From the NCBI RefSeq assembly GCF_000237865.1, contig NC_017459.1, positions 1,200,001 to 1,232,000 on the forward strand: a DNA stretch of 32,000 nucleotides, in the 5' to 3' direction. Every line of letters begins with the position of its first letter. Positions within the stretch are counted from its first letter, which is position 1. Positions 18,997-27,896 of the stretch are shown piece after piece. The notes beneath the pieces were generated by a model. That model did not search any database. It had not been told where the DNA came from and saw only the letters and a list, made by a program, of their open reading frames with translations. Source of the DNA: Haloquadratum walsbyi C23. Lineage in GTDB: Archaea; Halobacteriota; Halobacteria; Halobacteriales; Haloferacaceae. A program made the position numbers and the translations under genes.

Positions 18997-19841
18997 ATTA
19001 ATTATATATCGATGAGCAAAAATAAAATCTTCTAGTCGGGATACTCAGAATGGTATCATTATGTTGACATGGTCGGTTATGATCATTACTGACTTAGAGT
19101 GCCGCTGTTAAGATAGCGACTGTCCTCTCTGGTCTGATAGTGGATTTGATATATCAAGTAAATACTCATAACGTTTTGTGCTGAGCCTTCTACAGAGAAA
19201 CAGGGTGTGTTCTGGGGTTGATATGACCCCGAGGTAGATTACTCAGATGTTATTCAATAACTATTACACACACCGTCATTATTATATGAACTTATTAGCA
19301 GTCATCTGGCTTTAATTATGGTTTCCGGTCCTCTTCTGTGTATCCTCCAGTCTTCCCTTCCTGTCTTGCATGGCTGATATTCTTCGAGGTCGACGCATAC
19401 GCTTCGGTTGTCGGCGCAGTGTTCTGATTACTGTCGATAAATAAAAATTCTAACCCCTCTGTCGATGGTTAATACGATCGCGAACGACAGTGCGTGACGT
19501 TTTGGAGGCGTTCTCCTTGCCATCTATCAGAATGGCTTCATTGACCGTATCGAGGTGGTTACTCTCTGGTGTGTCCCGATTTGATTCGCTGTCTCATCAG
19601 TCGCCCACGCGATCGCATTATGAACTGCAGTCTTCTCGCATAGTCGATAATTCTCAGTATTGAGAGCAGGTGCATCCGCAATTGGAATCCGCTGATGGAC
19701 CAATTCAACGGTATTGCTAAACTCATACATTATGACCGTGACGGTTCCTCTCCTCTGCACATGATATCTCTCTTGACAAACGATGAATGGCAAGAAAGTG
19801 TCCCGATTGATATAATTAAATTGAGTGTCGAGATGTAAGCT

Positions 19842-21458
19842 ATGAGCGATTTGATTGTCACTCCACGTGGCGGGGGAGATGAGGTTGGTCGGTCGTGTTA
19901 TCATCTCCAGGCTGGCGACTATGACTATTTTATTGATTGTGGGCTGAAACAGTCTGAAACCCCTGAGTATCCCCTTTTCGAAGATGTAAGCCAAGGACAG
20001 ATTGACGCAGTTTTCATTACACATGCACATATTGATCATATTGGTGGACTTCCTGTTGCTGAGCATCACGGACTTCTTGATGATGATGCATCGATTTTCA
20101 TGACTCGTCCGACAAATGCTCTTGCAAGTATTCTTCTTCACGATTCGTTACAGATTCACAAACAAGAGACCGCAGAGCTCAATCAGCCTCAGCAATTCAC
20201 TGCCACCGACATTGAACAAGTTCTTTCCAGGATTATGACTATTGGTTATGACCGTAATCAGCATCTGAACATCACATATGAATGTGGGGATGCCGCTCAT
20301 CTTCTCGGCAGTGTGTGGATTGCTATTGAGTATAATGACCGCTGTATTGTATTCTCTGGAGATCTTGGCGGTCGAAGCGCTCATCTCGGCGATATTGATG
20401 ACCCCCCTGAGGCAGATGAGCTTTTCCTTGAATCAACATATGGAGAGACATTACAGCATCGCTCATTCACTGACGCTCGTACTGAACTCTATCAACAAGC
20501 AAAACAGGCTCTTGCAAGTGGGATTCCAGTCCTCATTCCAACGTTTGCTGTCGGTCGAGCACAAGAAATTCTCCAAATCTTTCGTGAGCGTGAGACTGAC
20601 CTGCGAAATGCCGTTAATGGCGAGCCTTCAATCATCTATGATGGAATGATAACGGATTCGATGTCTGTCTATGAGGTGTTCTGTCAGGATGCATTTATGT
20701 CTGAATCGATGCTTAATTATCGAATCAATTCTGGTGATGTTGAACCATTCACACCTGAGTGTGCGAGAACACCCGATACAATGGATGAACGCGAACAACT
20801 CCTCACTGGTGATGAGGCATCGATTGTTATTGCACCATCAGGGATGCTGACAGGCGGGTGGTCACCGTACTACCTTCGTGATCTTACGCGACATTATGAG
20901 AATGCACGGGTGTTGTTTATTGGGTATCAAGCACAGGGAACTCCAGGAAGACGTCTCATTGAGGCATCAGGCGATATTGCCGATGTGCATGTGACTGCAC
21001 TGCCCGCCAGTGAGGACTATGACCCTGTGACTGGTGAATTCGCGTTTCAGGATCAAGAAATACATGTGCCAACTGAATGGATTCACGAGATTGGTGGCAT
21101 GTCTGCTCACGCGGGCGCGAATGATCTGCTGTCATTCGCCCGGCAGGTAAATCCACAGGGTATTTCACTTATCCATGGACCTCCTAATGCTGCGGCACAT
21201 CTGCAGGAGTACCTCTCTGATAACACGACCGCGAGCACAATCCAGGTAGCACAACATCTTGAGCCGATTCCAATCGAAACTGAGCGTGGAAACGGTGATG
21301 AGCAGCCTGCTCTTGATTCCGTTCCGACTTCGGCTTCTACCTCCAATTCCGGTATCAAAGACAGTGACATTGAGGAGGTACGACAACGTCAAGAACGACT
21401 TGAAGCTGAATTAGAGACACTCCGTGACAAAATTGAATATCTCATCGAAAAGGGGTAA
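19842..21458 (+). CDS. Beta-CASP family metallo-beta-lactamase-fold nuclease (aCPSF2/RNase-J-like, no KH domains) with a C-terminal coiled-coil tail
   Basis: MBL motif 2 THAHIDHIGG, GDAAHLLGS, SGDLG, beta-CASP motif A ESTYG, motif B GMSAHAG and motif C SLIHG. The last ~65 aa are a low-complexity linker plus a heptad-like stretch, IEEVRQRQERLEAELETLRDKIEYLIEKG. A TATA-like tataattaaa lies ~25-30 nt upstream of the ATG. Confidence 0.9.
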   Translation: MSDLIVTPRGGGDEVGRSCYHLQAGDYDYFIDCGLKQSETPEYPLFEDVSQGQIDAVFITHAHIDHIGGLPVAEHHGLLDDDASIFMTRPTNALASILLHDSLQIHKQETAELNQPQQFTATDIEQVLSRIMTIGYDRNQHLNITYECGDAAHLLGSVWIAIEYNDRCIVFSGDLGGRSAHLGDIDDPPEADELFLESTYGETLQHRSFTDARTELYQQAKQALASGIPVLIPTFAVGRAQEILQIFRERETDLRNAVNGEPSIIYDGMITDSMSVYEVFCQDAFMSESMLNYRINSGDVEPFTPECARTPDTMDEREQLLTGDEASIVIAPSGMLTGGWSPYYLRDLTRHYENARVLFIGYQAQGTPGRRLIEASGDIADVHVTALPASEDYDPVTGEFAFQDQEIHVPTEWIHEIGGMSAHAGANDLLSFARQVNPQGISLIHGPPNAAAHLQEYLSDNTTASTIQVAQHLEPIPIETERGNGDEQPALDSVPTSASTSNSGIKDSDIEEVRQRQERLEAELETLRDKIEYLIEKG

Positions 21459-21581
21459 TCAGATATGCTCATTAGTATGAATTGTTCTAAAGGACTCCCA
21501 TAATCAAGTCATTTTAATTAATGTTTCTCACTCTGAGAGAGTCTTTGTGGTTATATATCAGATACACCAGATGTGTAACCT

Positions 21582-21953
21582 ATGCCAACACAGCAAGTAC
21601 GAGTCAATTCTGATAATCAATCCGGTCAAGACATACCGAATGATAGCCAAAACCGCCAGAATGGTGAACAGACGCTGGTCATTCGGAATTATGACGCCTC
21701 TAAGACCTATACAGTTCATGTGCAAGTTCATAACGCTGCAGGAAAATGTGTATATGAGCGAACACTACAGGCTACCCCCTCACGGGCAGTTACCGTTGAA
21801 ATGTATTGTGAGGCTGCAACATATACCATCACGGCACAGATTGAAACTGGATCAGTCGACATGGCTGAGTGCCGTGTTGGAAGCGGTGTAGACCAGACGG
21901 CGCTCATCGAAACTGGCAACGGTTCCGTGAGAGTCGCTGACGGTCTTATTTAA
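21582..21953 (+). CDS. Hypothetical small protein, predicted all-beta (Ig/beta-sandwich-like) domain after a Q/N-rich N-terminus
   Basis: 123-aa ORF. Alternating hydrophobic patterns (TLVIRNYD..TYTVHVQVHN..CVYERTL..VTVEMY..TYTITAQIE..ALIETGNGSVRVA) suggest beta strands. The overlapping ORF 21547..21891 in another frame looks non-coding. Confidence 0.55.
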   Translation: MPTQQVRVNSDNQSGQDIPNDSQNRQNGEQTLVIRNYDASKTYTVHVQVHNAAGKCVYERTLQATPSRAVTVEMYCEAATYTITAQIETGSVDMAECRVGSGVDQTALIETGNGSVRVADGLI

Positions 21954-22006
21954 TCGGATGCAGTCCAACGTCGGGTTTATATCGATTAACTGATGTAGCG
22001 CATAGT

Positions 22007-22423
22007 ATGGATTCGATTGGAGAGGCAGTGGCTGAAATTATACATGAACCAACACAAATACGCGATGATGGTGGGGTTGATATCACCGTGAATGAAATAT
22101 ATAACATACAGCAGCCTGGACAACTCGATTTTGGTGGTAGTGAGATTAAGCCTGCAGACGTACAGTCGCATTCAAAACAGCTTCACAACGAGAGCGATAC
22201 TTACCAGTGGTGGCATCTTGATGAGGGAACATATTTGATTGAGTATAACGAATCACTGTCAACAAAAGCGCATCTTCAACCCCGGACAGAAATGCTTGAA
22301 CAAGGAGCCACTCACCCATCGATACGCGTCGAATCGCTCCCAATGATTCCATTGTCTGTTCCTTCGACAGGGATTCATATAAAAGAGAATGCACGAGTCT
22401 CAGTCATTTTTCCAATAGCGTGA
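22007..22423 (+). CDS. dUTPase/dCTP-deaminase-fold protein, divergent (MJ1102-type dUTPase-like, catalytic motif not conserved)
   Basis: GGVDITVNEIYNIQQPGQLDFGGSEIKPA and LDEGTYLIEYNESL...QPRTEMLEQGAT...IKENARVSVIF parallel the archaeal dUTPase pattern CGIDLRV..I.G.G.IDF / LDRGVYIV / YPRSSLLRMGAT / I.K.ARIAQIVF. However, the D-x-G-[YF]-x-G segment is replaced by VESLPMIP, and the protein ends straight after the last strand. Confidence 0.6.
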   Translation: MDSIGEAVAEIIHEPTQIRDDGGVDITVNEIYNIQQPGQLDFGGSEIKPADVQSHSKQLHNESDTYQWWHLDEGTYLIEYNESLSTKAHLQPRTEMLEQGATHPSIRVESLPMIPLSVPSTGIHIKENARVSVIFPIA

Positions 22424-22560
22424 TAATATCAAATATACCGTTAGTATCTGTATTACTCTGACTCACTCAATATCTCAACCAATCTTCACTCGTCGGATCG
22501 ATATAAACATCAAGAGAGGCAGGCTGATCATATCTAAAATATCGCCTAGGAAATCTATAT

Positions 22561-23313
22561 ATGAATAATATGGAGTCATTTGACGGACAAGTCGTACTTA
22601 TCACAGGTGCGAGCTCAGGTATCGGAGCAGCGACCGCGCGGCGATTTGCGAGTGCTGGAGCGACTGTTGTGCTCGCTGCCCGGACTGAAGCAACGCTCGA
22701 GACAGTGGCAAGTGAGTGTGAGGCGATGGGCGGGACCGCGCTTACGGTCCCCACAGATGTCGTCAGCCATACCGCAGTTGATGCGCTCATTGATGCCACC
22801 ATTGAACGGTTTAATCAACTCGATATCTGCATCGTGAATGCTGGAACCGGCGAGTCCGCTGACACCGCACTCCCAGAGATACCTATTGAGCAATTCAAAC
22901 AAGTAACTGAGACGAATGTCCACGGTGCGTTTTATACAACTCGTGCAGCAATCCCTCACTTGCGAGAAACCAATGGATCACTGATTTTCATCGGGAGTTT
23001 CAAAGGTAAATATCCGAGTACATCAACGCCGATATACGCTGCTTCAAAATGGTGGCTCCGGGGATTCGCAGCCAGCGTGGCCGGTCGTGTCGGACCAGAT
23101 GGAGTTGCGACAACCCTCATCAATCCGTCTGGAGTTACGACAAACTTTGGTTCGCAATTCCGCGAACGTTCAAATAACGAGACGCTTGATTCAGATACAA
23201 CTCTTGATGTGACTGATGTTGTCGGCGCAATCTTATTCGCTGCTCGACAGGATGCACCTGCAGCGGTGACCGAACTTGATCTCAATCGAGAAGATATTTT
23301 TTACAGATTTTAA
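22561..23313 (+). CDS. Short-chain dehydrogenase/reductase (classical SDR)
   Basis: TGASSGIGAATARRFASAGATVVLAAR (TGxxxGxG), NAG motif (IVNAG), and catalytic Ser...YAASK (YxxxK). Confidence 0.93.
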   Translation: MNNMESFDGQVVLITGASSGIGAATARRFASAGATVVLAARTEATLETVASECEAMGGTALTVPTDVVSHTAVDALIDATIERFNQLDICIVNAGTGESADTALPEIPIEQFKQVTETNVHGAFYTTRAAIPHLRETNGSLIFIGSFKGKYPSTSTPIYAASKWWLRGFAASVAGRVGPDGVATTLINPSGVTTNFGSQFRERSNNETLDSDTTLDVTDVVGAILFAARQDAPAAVTELDLNREDIFYRF

Positions 23314-23586
23314 TTGATGACACACCTTTAAACGGTAAAACTCAGTATAACCGAACCACTCATGATACTTTTGCGATATGATCGAAAGACCACAGACATG
23401 ATTGCCGAAGTGCGCTTCGCTGACACATAGAGAGTGCACAATGAGACTGCGAAACAAATTATATGACGAACAAGTGCCATGAGCTCACCAACTCCAGAAT
23501 CTCCAATCACAATACGGTCCCAGGATATATCATACTCCGACACAAGAAATCAAAACTATCAGCATCATCAGGACCCATCATAGAGT

Positions 23587-24042
23587 ATGCGTATAAGTGT
23601 AGTTGGTGGAAGTACGGTTACAGATGATGAGTACGCAAGAGCAGAGCGTCTGGGTGAGGTAGTAGGTGAGCGGGGTCACGAACTCATTTGTGGGGGGTTA
23701 GGTGGCGTGATGGAAGCGGTTTGTAAGGGTGCACAAAATACAGGGGCTCATACAATTGGTATCATTCCAGGCAAGGATCCGAAGCAAGCAAACGAATATG
23801 TTGAAACAGCGATTGCAACAGGAATCAATGATGCACGGAATCCAGTTATTGTAATGAATGGTGATGGCGTCGTTGCTGTTGATGGTGGTCCTGGGACACT
23901 TTCAGAAATAGGGCATGCGCTTACATTTAAGAAACCAGTGGCTGGTCTTGATACACATCGCGTTAATGGTGTTTACGGTATCGAACATATTGAAGTACCA
24001 ATAGAGGCAGTTAGATATCTTGAAGATAGCATTGAGTCATAA
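23587..24042 (+). CDS. LOG/TIGR00725-family (SLOG, lysine-decarboxylase-like) Rossmann protein
   Basis: RISVVGGS...ICGGLGGVMEAVCKGA...IGIIP and GGPGTLSEI (the PGGxGTxxE-type motif); 151 aa. Confidence 0.8.
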   Translation: MRISVVGGSTVTDDEYARAERLGEVVGERGHELICGGLGGVMEAVCKGAQNTGAHTIGIIPGKDPKQANEYVETAIATGINDARNPVIVMNGDGVVAVDGGPGTLSEIGHALTFKKPVAGLDTHRVNGVYGIEHIEVPIEAVRYLEDSIES

Positions 24043-24680
24043 AACATTCAAGCAGATCTGTATACGGTAATTGGTGATATGAACAGCAGCTAACTATGAA
24101 AATATAAAATAAAATCCCATCGTTCAGGTCGGAGGAGATATTAAGAGTCATTCGTTAACTCATATCCCAATCGATGAGCGGCGGCACTCTGAGAGTGATT
24201 AGTTCGAATAGTTTCACCGACGGTGTCGAATGACGCGGTTTCAGCGGCTCCTATCACGGCACGGATAATCACGGCGGTAAAGACTTGCACTAATTACTCT
24301 GAGACAATTATGACGAAAACAGTGCACACGCAAAAAGAGATGATACAGCACTGTGACTCAGTTCTCAGAATCGACAAATGTGGTATCAGTATTTGAGCAG
24401 AATATACATCTTAGCTCTCCAAGTAAATCTTCTCAATAGAAATGGAACTCACATCCGTGCTCCATACTGACATCATATCCTATTGATACTAACTCAGATT
24501 CGAGACCCGATATTCAATATGATAACACTCAGAACTAATCGCTTGAGTATCTTGAAATCGGGATTTCGATTACTATGCCATCATTTCTGTTGTCCCGACA
24601 ACCCGGTTTCGAACCGAATCGGGATGGTTTAGATTGTGGACAATCTGGGATTCCATCGGCTACTGGTGATTTGATATACG

Positions 24681-25073
24681 TTAGCCGATGACGCGATTTT
24701 GGAGATAATCAAGATGTTTTGCGTTGTAAACAATCTTGATATTATCGGCTGCTGGTGATCCGATACATGTCAGCCGAACGTTCCTTTCAGAGACTTCTTC
24801 ATCGGAAAGAATCTGCTGCATGTCCATGTCGATTTCTCCTTCCGTCACGATTGCAGCGCAGTTTGCGCATGCACCTGCACGACAGGAGAATGGCCAATCA
24901 TACCCTTGTGCTTCTGCAGCTTCAAGAATGTATTCGCCCTCGTTTACCTCAAGTGATCCGTAATCTTCAGTATCGAGATCGGAATCAGCAGCCTTCTCGA
25001 AAAGATCATTATCATCCATTTCCCAGCCCTTATCATCAAGGGTCTCATAATTCAGATATTCTACAGTTGCCAT
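24681..25073 (-). CDS. fdx: Halophilic plant-type [2Fe-2S] ferredoxin
   Basis: ATVEYLNYE...[56 protein letters not shown]...[10 protein letters not shown]...[17 protein letters not shown] is nearly the remembered Halobacterium/Haloarcula ferredoxin sequence, including the acidic N-terminal halophile insertion. The first ATG is at 25073; the track start at 25076 is TTG. Confidence 0.97.
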   Translation of the reverse strand: MATVEYLNYETLDDKGWEMDDNDLFEKAADSDLDTEDYGSLEVNEGEYILEAAEAQGYDWPFSCRAGACANCAAIVTEGEIDMDMQQILSDEEVSERNVRLTCIGSPAADNIKIVYNAKHLDYLQNRVIG

Positions 25074-25083
25074 CAATAGATTA

Positions 25084-25217
25084 TATGTGCGTCATGGTAT
25101 TAGAACTTATTATTTTGTTATTTCTCCATGATATTACGTGCATTCAGACACGATCAGGTCGATATCCTAAATGGCGGGTGTAAGCGCTGGACAGGCGAGG
25201 ATCGTCCGGTATCATCC
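25084..25217 (+). pseudogene. Possible decayed remnant of a rhodanese-domain gene (C-terminal ~45 codons, frameshifted, active-site Cys lost)
   Basis: One frame reads [15 protein letters not shown], compared with the rhodanese active-site loop Y-C-R-x-G-x-R-[ST]. The next frame continues ILRAFRHDQVDILNGGCKRWTGEDRPVSS, compared with the rhodanese C-terminus L...G...V..L.GG...W...G.PV. No upstream part exists, because the ferredoxin gene on the other strand occupies that space. Confidence 0.3.
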
Positions 25218-25668
25218 ACAGTCACCTATCTGAAGAGATCGCTGTGTATGATGGATCACCCAAGGAATGGCGGAATGGTCCTGACCTGCTGGTGGAAACC
25301 TCTGATTGAGGTCCGGATCACACATCTCAACCCATGGGAGTCCACGAAGTGGATTTCCTGATTGCACGCTTTTTGATTGGTGAAATAGTTTCATTTGGAG
25401 AATCGATGGCTGCTATTTAAGACATCCAAACAGATCAATTATGATCTAAAGATAATAGAACAACAGAGGAGTCTGTGGTCGTGATTATCAGTTTGTCAAT
25501 ACTATCTATCAGTAGATACCCATGCCAATTTTGCCGATCTCTGTTGCACTGTATTTGCACGGAAGGGTATTCTATGAGATAATTCGACCCCAGCCCGCAG
25601 TCACGGCTGAATAAAAAAACTCAATTCCGTGTCTTGATTTGATTTCAAATGTCAAGAATCAGCACACG

Positions 25669-26526
25669 ATGATCATGATTTCGTTCCATGCGCCAGTTGT
25701 CGGCACGGTATTGTTGATTGCGGCGGTGCTCATTGGGTGGTATAGTCGACGACTTCACCGACGCCAGTCGATTATATCGAAAACACCGACGACTGATCTC
25801 GGACAACTCTCTGAAGCCCCAATCGTCGAGGTTCAAGCCGAGGTGATCGATGGGGAAACATTTGACTCACCAATCGGAAATAAGGAATGTGTCCTTTCGG
25901 TGTGGGAAGTCGATGAATATGATGATACTGGGTGGGAAACTCGGGTTTCAGGCATCGACGCAAGACCGTTTATTATTGATGATGGAACAGGGCAGACTCG
26001 GGTCGATATTGAGGATCATGTCAAATCGAAATCTAATTCGGAATGGGAAATTAATTGGCGCGGACTCGACATTGACCGGATGCTCTCGGTTGGAGTCTCG
26101 ATTGATGATGTATATTGTGTGTTTGATGAATTCTCTGTTGAGCACTCCGTATCATCCGACTGTGAGTTACCACCGCAAATTGCCGCATTTGAGAGCGCTG
26201 ACCCCGATATTCCAGAGCGGTCTGAATCGACAATCAAGCTTGGGGAGATGGATCTGGAGAGCAAAAGTAAACGCCGATACTTCGAGGAAACAATCACTCC
26301 GGGACAGGAAATATATCTCCTTTGTGAAGCGACAGCAACAGGCGAGACAACTCATCCGACTGGACCAGATGACATAGTCCTGAAACCTCGACAGGGTGAG
26401 GAATTAACAATTATTTCTGACCAGACCCAAACAGATATTATCGCTGATTTTAATCAGTATCGGTGGGGGTACGCAGCAGCAGGAATTATGGCTCTCATCG
26501 GTCTGATAAGTTTCATTCCGTCGTAA
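25669..26526 (+). CDS. Two-TM membrane protein with a GIDE-like (PF12483-type) central domain
   Basis: An N-terminal TM helix (VVGTVLLIAAVLIGWY) is followed by LSEAPIVEVQAEVIDGETFDSPIGNKECVLSVWEV...ARPFIIDDGTGQTRVDIE, which matches the remembered GIDE pattern (G.V.V.G.v....l.SP.s...Cv...W.v......pF.l.DgTG...V). There is a C-terminal TM helix (AAAGIMALIGLISFI). I place the start at ATG 25669; the track start at 25639 is TTG. Confidence 0.6.
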   Translation: MIMISFHAPVVGTVLLIAAVLIGWYSRRLHRRQSIISKTPTTDLGQLSEAPIVEVQAEVIDGETFDSPIGNKECVLSVWEVDEYDDTGWETRVSGIDARPFIIDDGTGQTRVDIEDHVKSKSNSEWEINWRGLDIDRMLSVGVSIDDVYCVFDEFSVEHSVSSDCELPPQIAAFESADPDIPERSESTIKLGEMDLESKSKRRYFEETITPGQEIYLLCEATATGETTHPTGPDDIVLKPRQGEELTIISDQTQTDIIADFNQYRWGYAAAGIMALIGLISFIPS

Positions 26527-26963
26527 TTCCACAGAGTAGCCAATCGCGGCGGAGTGAAGTTGATTGGAGATTCTCTGGATAACAATCCTGTGGGAGACGG
26601 TGTACTCTCTAGTCTCTGAATATGACAGTAATCCAAAAATACTGAATCAATGGTACCATACTAAGCATTTACTTATATTTCGGTGTCCCAGATCTACTGA
26701 CATATTTGTATTTGCGCCACTCGCATGTGCGCTCGCCGCAGCATCATATATCCTTGCTGGGTGTGTGCAAGCACAAAGACTGTCGATTTGTTGAGTATCA
26801 ACTATTTCATTGATTTCGCTGAGATGCTCTTTGATAAGCTTATGTGTTTTGTTGCCGCATAACACACTTATGCCTGCATGTGAACATCTTACATGGACAA
26901 TTATTATACTGTCTCATGCAATGATGCGCCGATCTGCGCCTCTCCCATTTGTGGGGTACATTG

Positions 26964-27896
26964 ATGCGTATCGCTATTGCTGGAGCGACTGGGTGCGTTG
27001 GAAGCCGATTAATCCCGAGGCTTCTTGATGCTGGTCATACAGTCACAGCACTTGTCCGCGATGCCTCAGCGCCTCGTTCCGAATCGCTTGTTTCAGCCCC
27101 AGGCGTTCGAGTTGTCGAAGGCGACTTGCTCACCCCAGCAGGTGTTGACGAGTGCTGTTGCGATGCAGACATTGGTGTCTATCTCGTTCACTCACTTGGA
27201 TCAGGTTCAAACTACGCAGATAGAGATTGTCAGGCTGCGACAGCCTTTGCCCGTGCTGCATCAACGGCTAGTATCAATCGCGTTGTCTACCTCGGCGGTC
27301 TCGGAGATGTAGACGGAGATGGGGATGATCATCTCCACTCTCGGAGGGCAGTCGAATCTGTTCTCGGTGCTGACCGGTATGATTATCAACTGACAACAGT
27401 TCGAGCGGGTGTCGTCATCGGTTCGAATAGCCTCAGTTTTCAATTAATGCGACAATGTGCTGCTCGGGTCCCTGTTGCGCCGGTTCCCCCGGCGATAAAT
27501 ACACCATGTCAACCAATTGCCGTACGCGATGTCGTGCAGTATCTTACTGCTATCATCAATACCAAGACCACTGCTGAGGTGATTGAGGTCGGTGCACCGA
27601 ATGCTCGACCGTATGCCGACTTACTGAGAGTGGTTGCTAATGCACTTCAGACACGATTCAGCGTTCACATTATCCCTCGAATGCCACTTCCTGCGGCAGC
27701 TCTTGGTCTTGCTGCAGTCACAGATGTCCCATACCAGACGGTTTCGCCACTTGTCGAGAGCCTGTCAACACCTGCTGTCGTTTCAGACCCGAAGCCAGCA
27801 ATAGCGCTTGGTGTTGACCCGATCAGGTTCGAAACAGCTGTTGATGAGGTGCTGAGACCAACCGAGACCTCTATGATGCCGAACGCAAAGTCATGA
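26964..27896 (+). CDS. NAD(P)H-binding atypical SDR (NmrA/NDUFA9-like epimerase-fold) protein
   Basis: MRIAIAGATGCVGSRLIPRLLDAGHTVTALVRD is the Rossmann GxxGxxG motif. Length and pattern fit the NAD(P)-binding epimerase/NmrA-like fold. The ATG at 26964 follows a non-ATG track start at 26949. Confidence 0.85.
   Translation: MRIAIAGATGCVGSRLIPRLLDAGHTVTALVRDASAPRSESLVSAPGVRVVEGDLLTPAGVDECCCDADIGVYLVHSLGSGSNYADRDCQAATAFARAASTASINRVVYLGGLGDVDGDGDDHLHSRRAVESVLGADRYDYQLTTVRAGVVIGSNSLSFQLMRQCAARVPVAPVPPAINTPCQPIAVRDVVQYLTAIINTKTTAEVIEVGAPNARPYADLLRVVANALQTRFSVHIIPRMPLPAAALGLAAVTDVPYQTVSPLVESLSTPAVVSDPKPAIALGVDPIRFETAVDEVLRPTETSMMPNAKS

Noticed and set aside
16111-19841. CRISPR array or other regular tandem repeat.
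   Set aside because: No repeat of 24-40 nt recurs at regular spacing. Only one two-copy imperfect repeat and isolated palindromes were seen.
19527-20141. 204-aa minus-strand ORF overlapping the 5' end of the beta-CASP gene.
   Set aside because: The part overlapping 19842..20141 is a shadow frame of a motif-rich gene. A shorter version (ATG 19730 to 19527, 67 aa: MYEFSNTVELVHQRIPIADAPALNTENYRLCEK...) is possible as a divergent small gene, but it has no recognisable features.
24141-24290. 49-codon GTG-initiated minus-strand ORF (MQVFTAVIIRAVIGAAETASFDTVGETIRTNHSQ...) in the 640-bp convergent spacer between the LOG-like and ferredoxin genes.
   Set aside because: It is short, has a non-ATG start, and has no motif or supporting context.
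24594-24646. tRNA-like T-loop word (ggttcgaaacc on the minus strand), a nested hairpin cccga..cggtt-tcg-aaccg..tcggg, and the 7+7 palindrome agattgt-gg-acaatct, all downstream of the ferredoxin stop.
   Set aside because: No acceptor, D or anticodon arms can be built around the T-loop-like word, so it is not a tRNA. The hairpins may be a 3'-end or terminator structure for fdx, but there is no adjoining T-tract to support that.
25212-25394. 60-aa minus-strand ORF, and the remainder of the 77-aa plus-strand ORF 25128..25361, upstream of the ferredoxin gene.
   Set aside because: The two overlap each other. Only the first ~30 codons of the plus-strand ORF show any family resemblance (the rhodanese C-terminus), and that part is reported separately as a low-confidence remnant.
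26564-27028. Three overlapping 72-76-aa ORFs (26564..26794 +, 26647..26865 -, 26810..27028 +) between the GIDE-like and NmrA-like genes.
   Set aside because: They are mutually overlapping, Cys/His/Leu-rich and non-acidic, with no motifs. The minus-strand one (…KLIKEHLSEINEIVDTQQIDSLCACTHP…) is the least implausible but remains unsupported.
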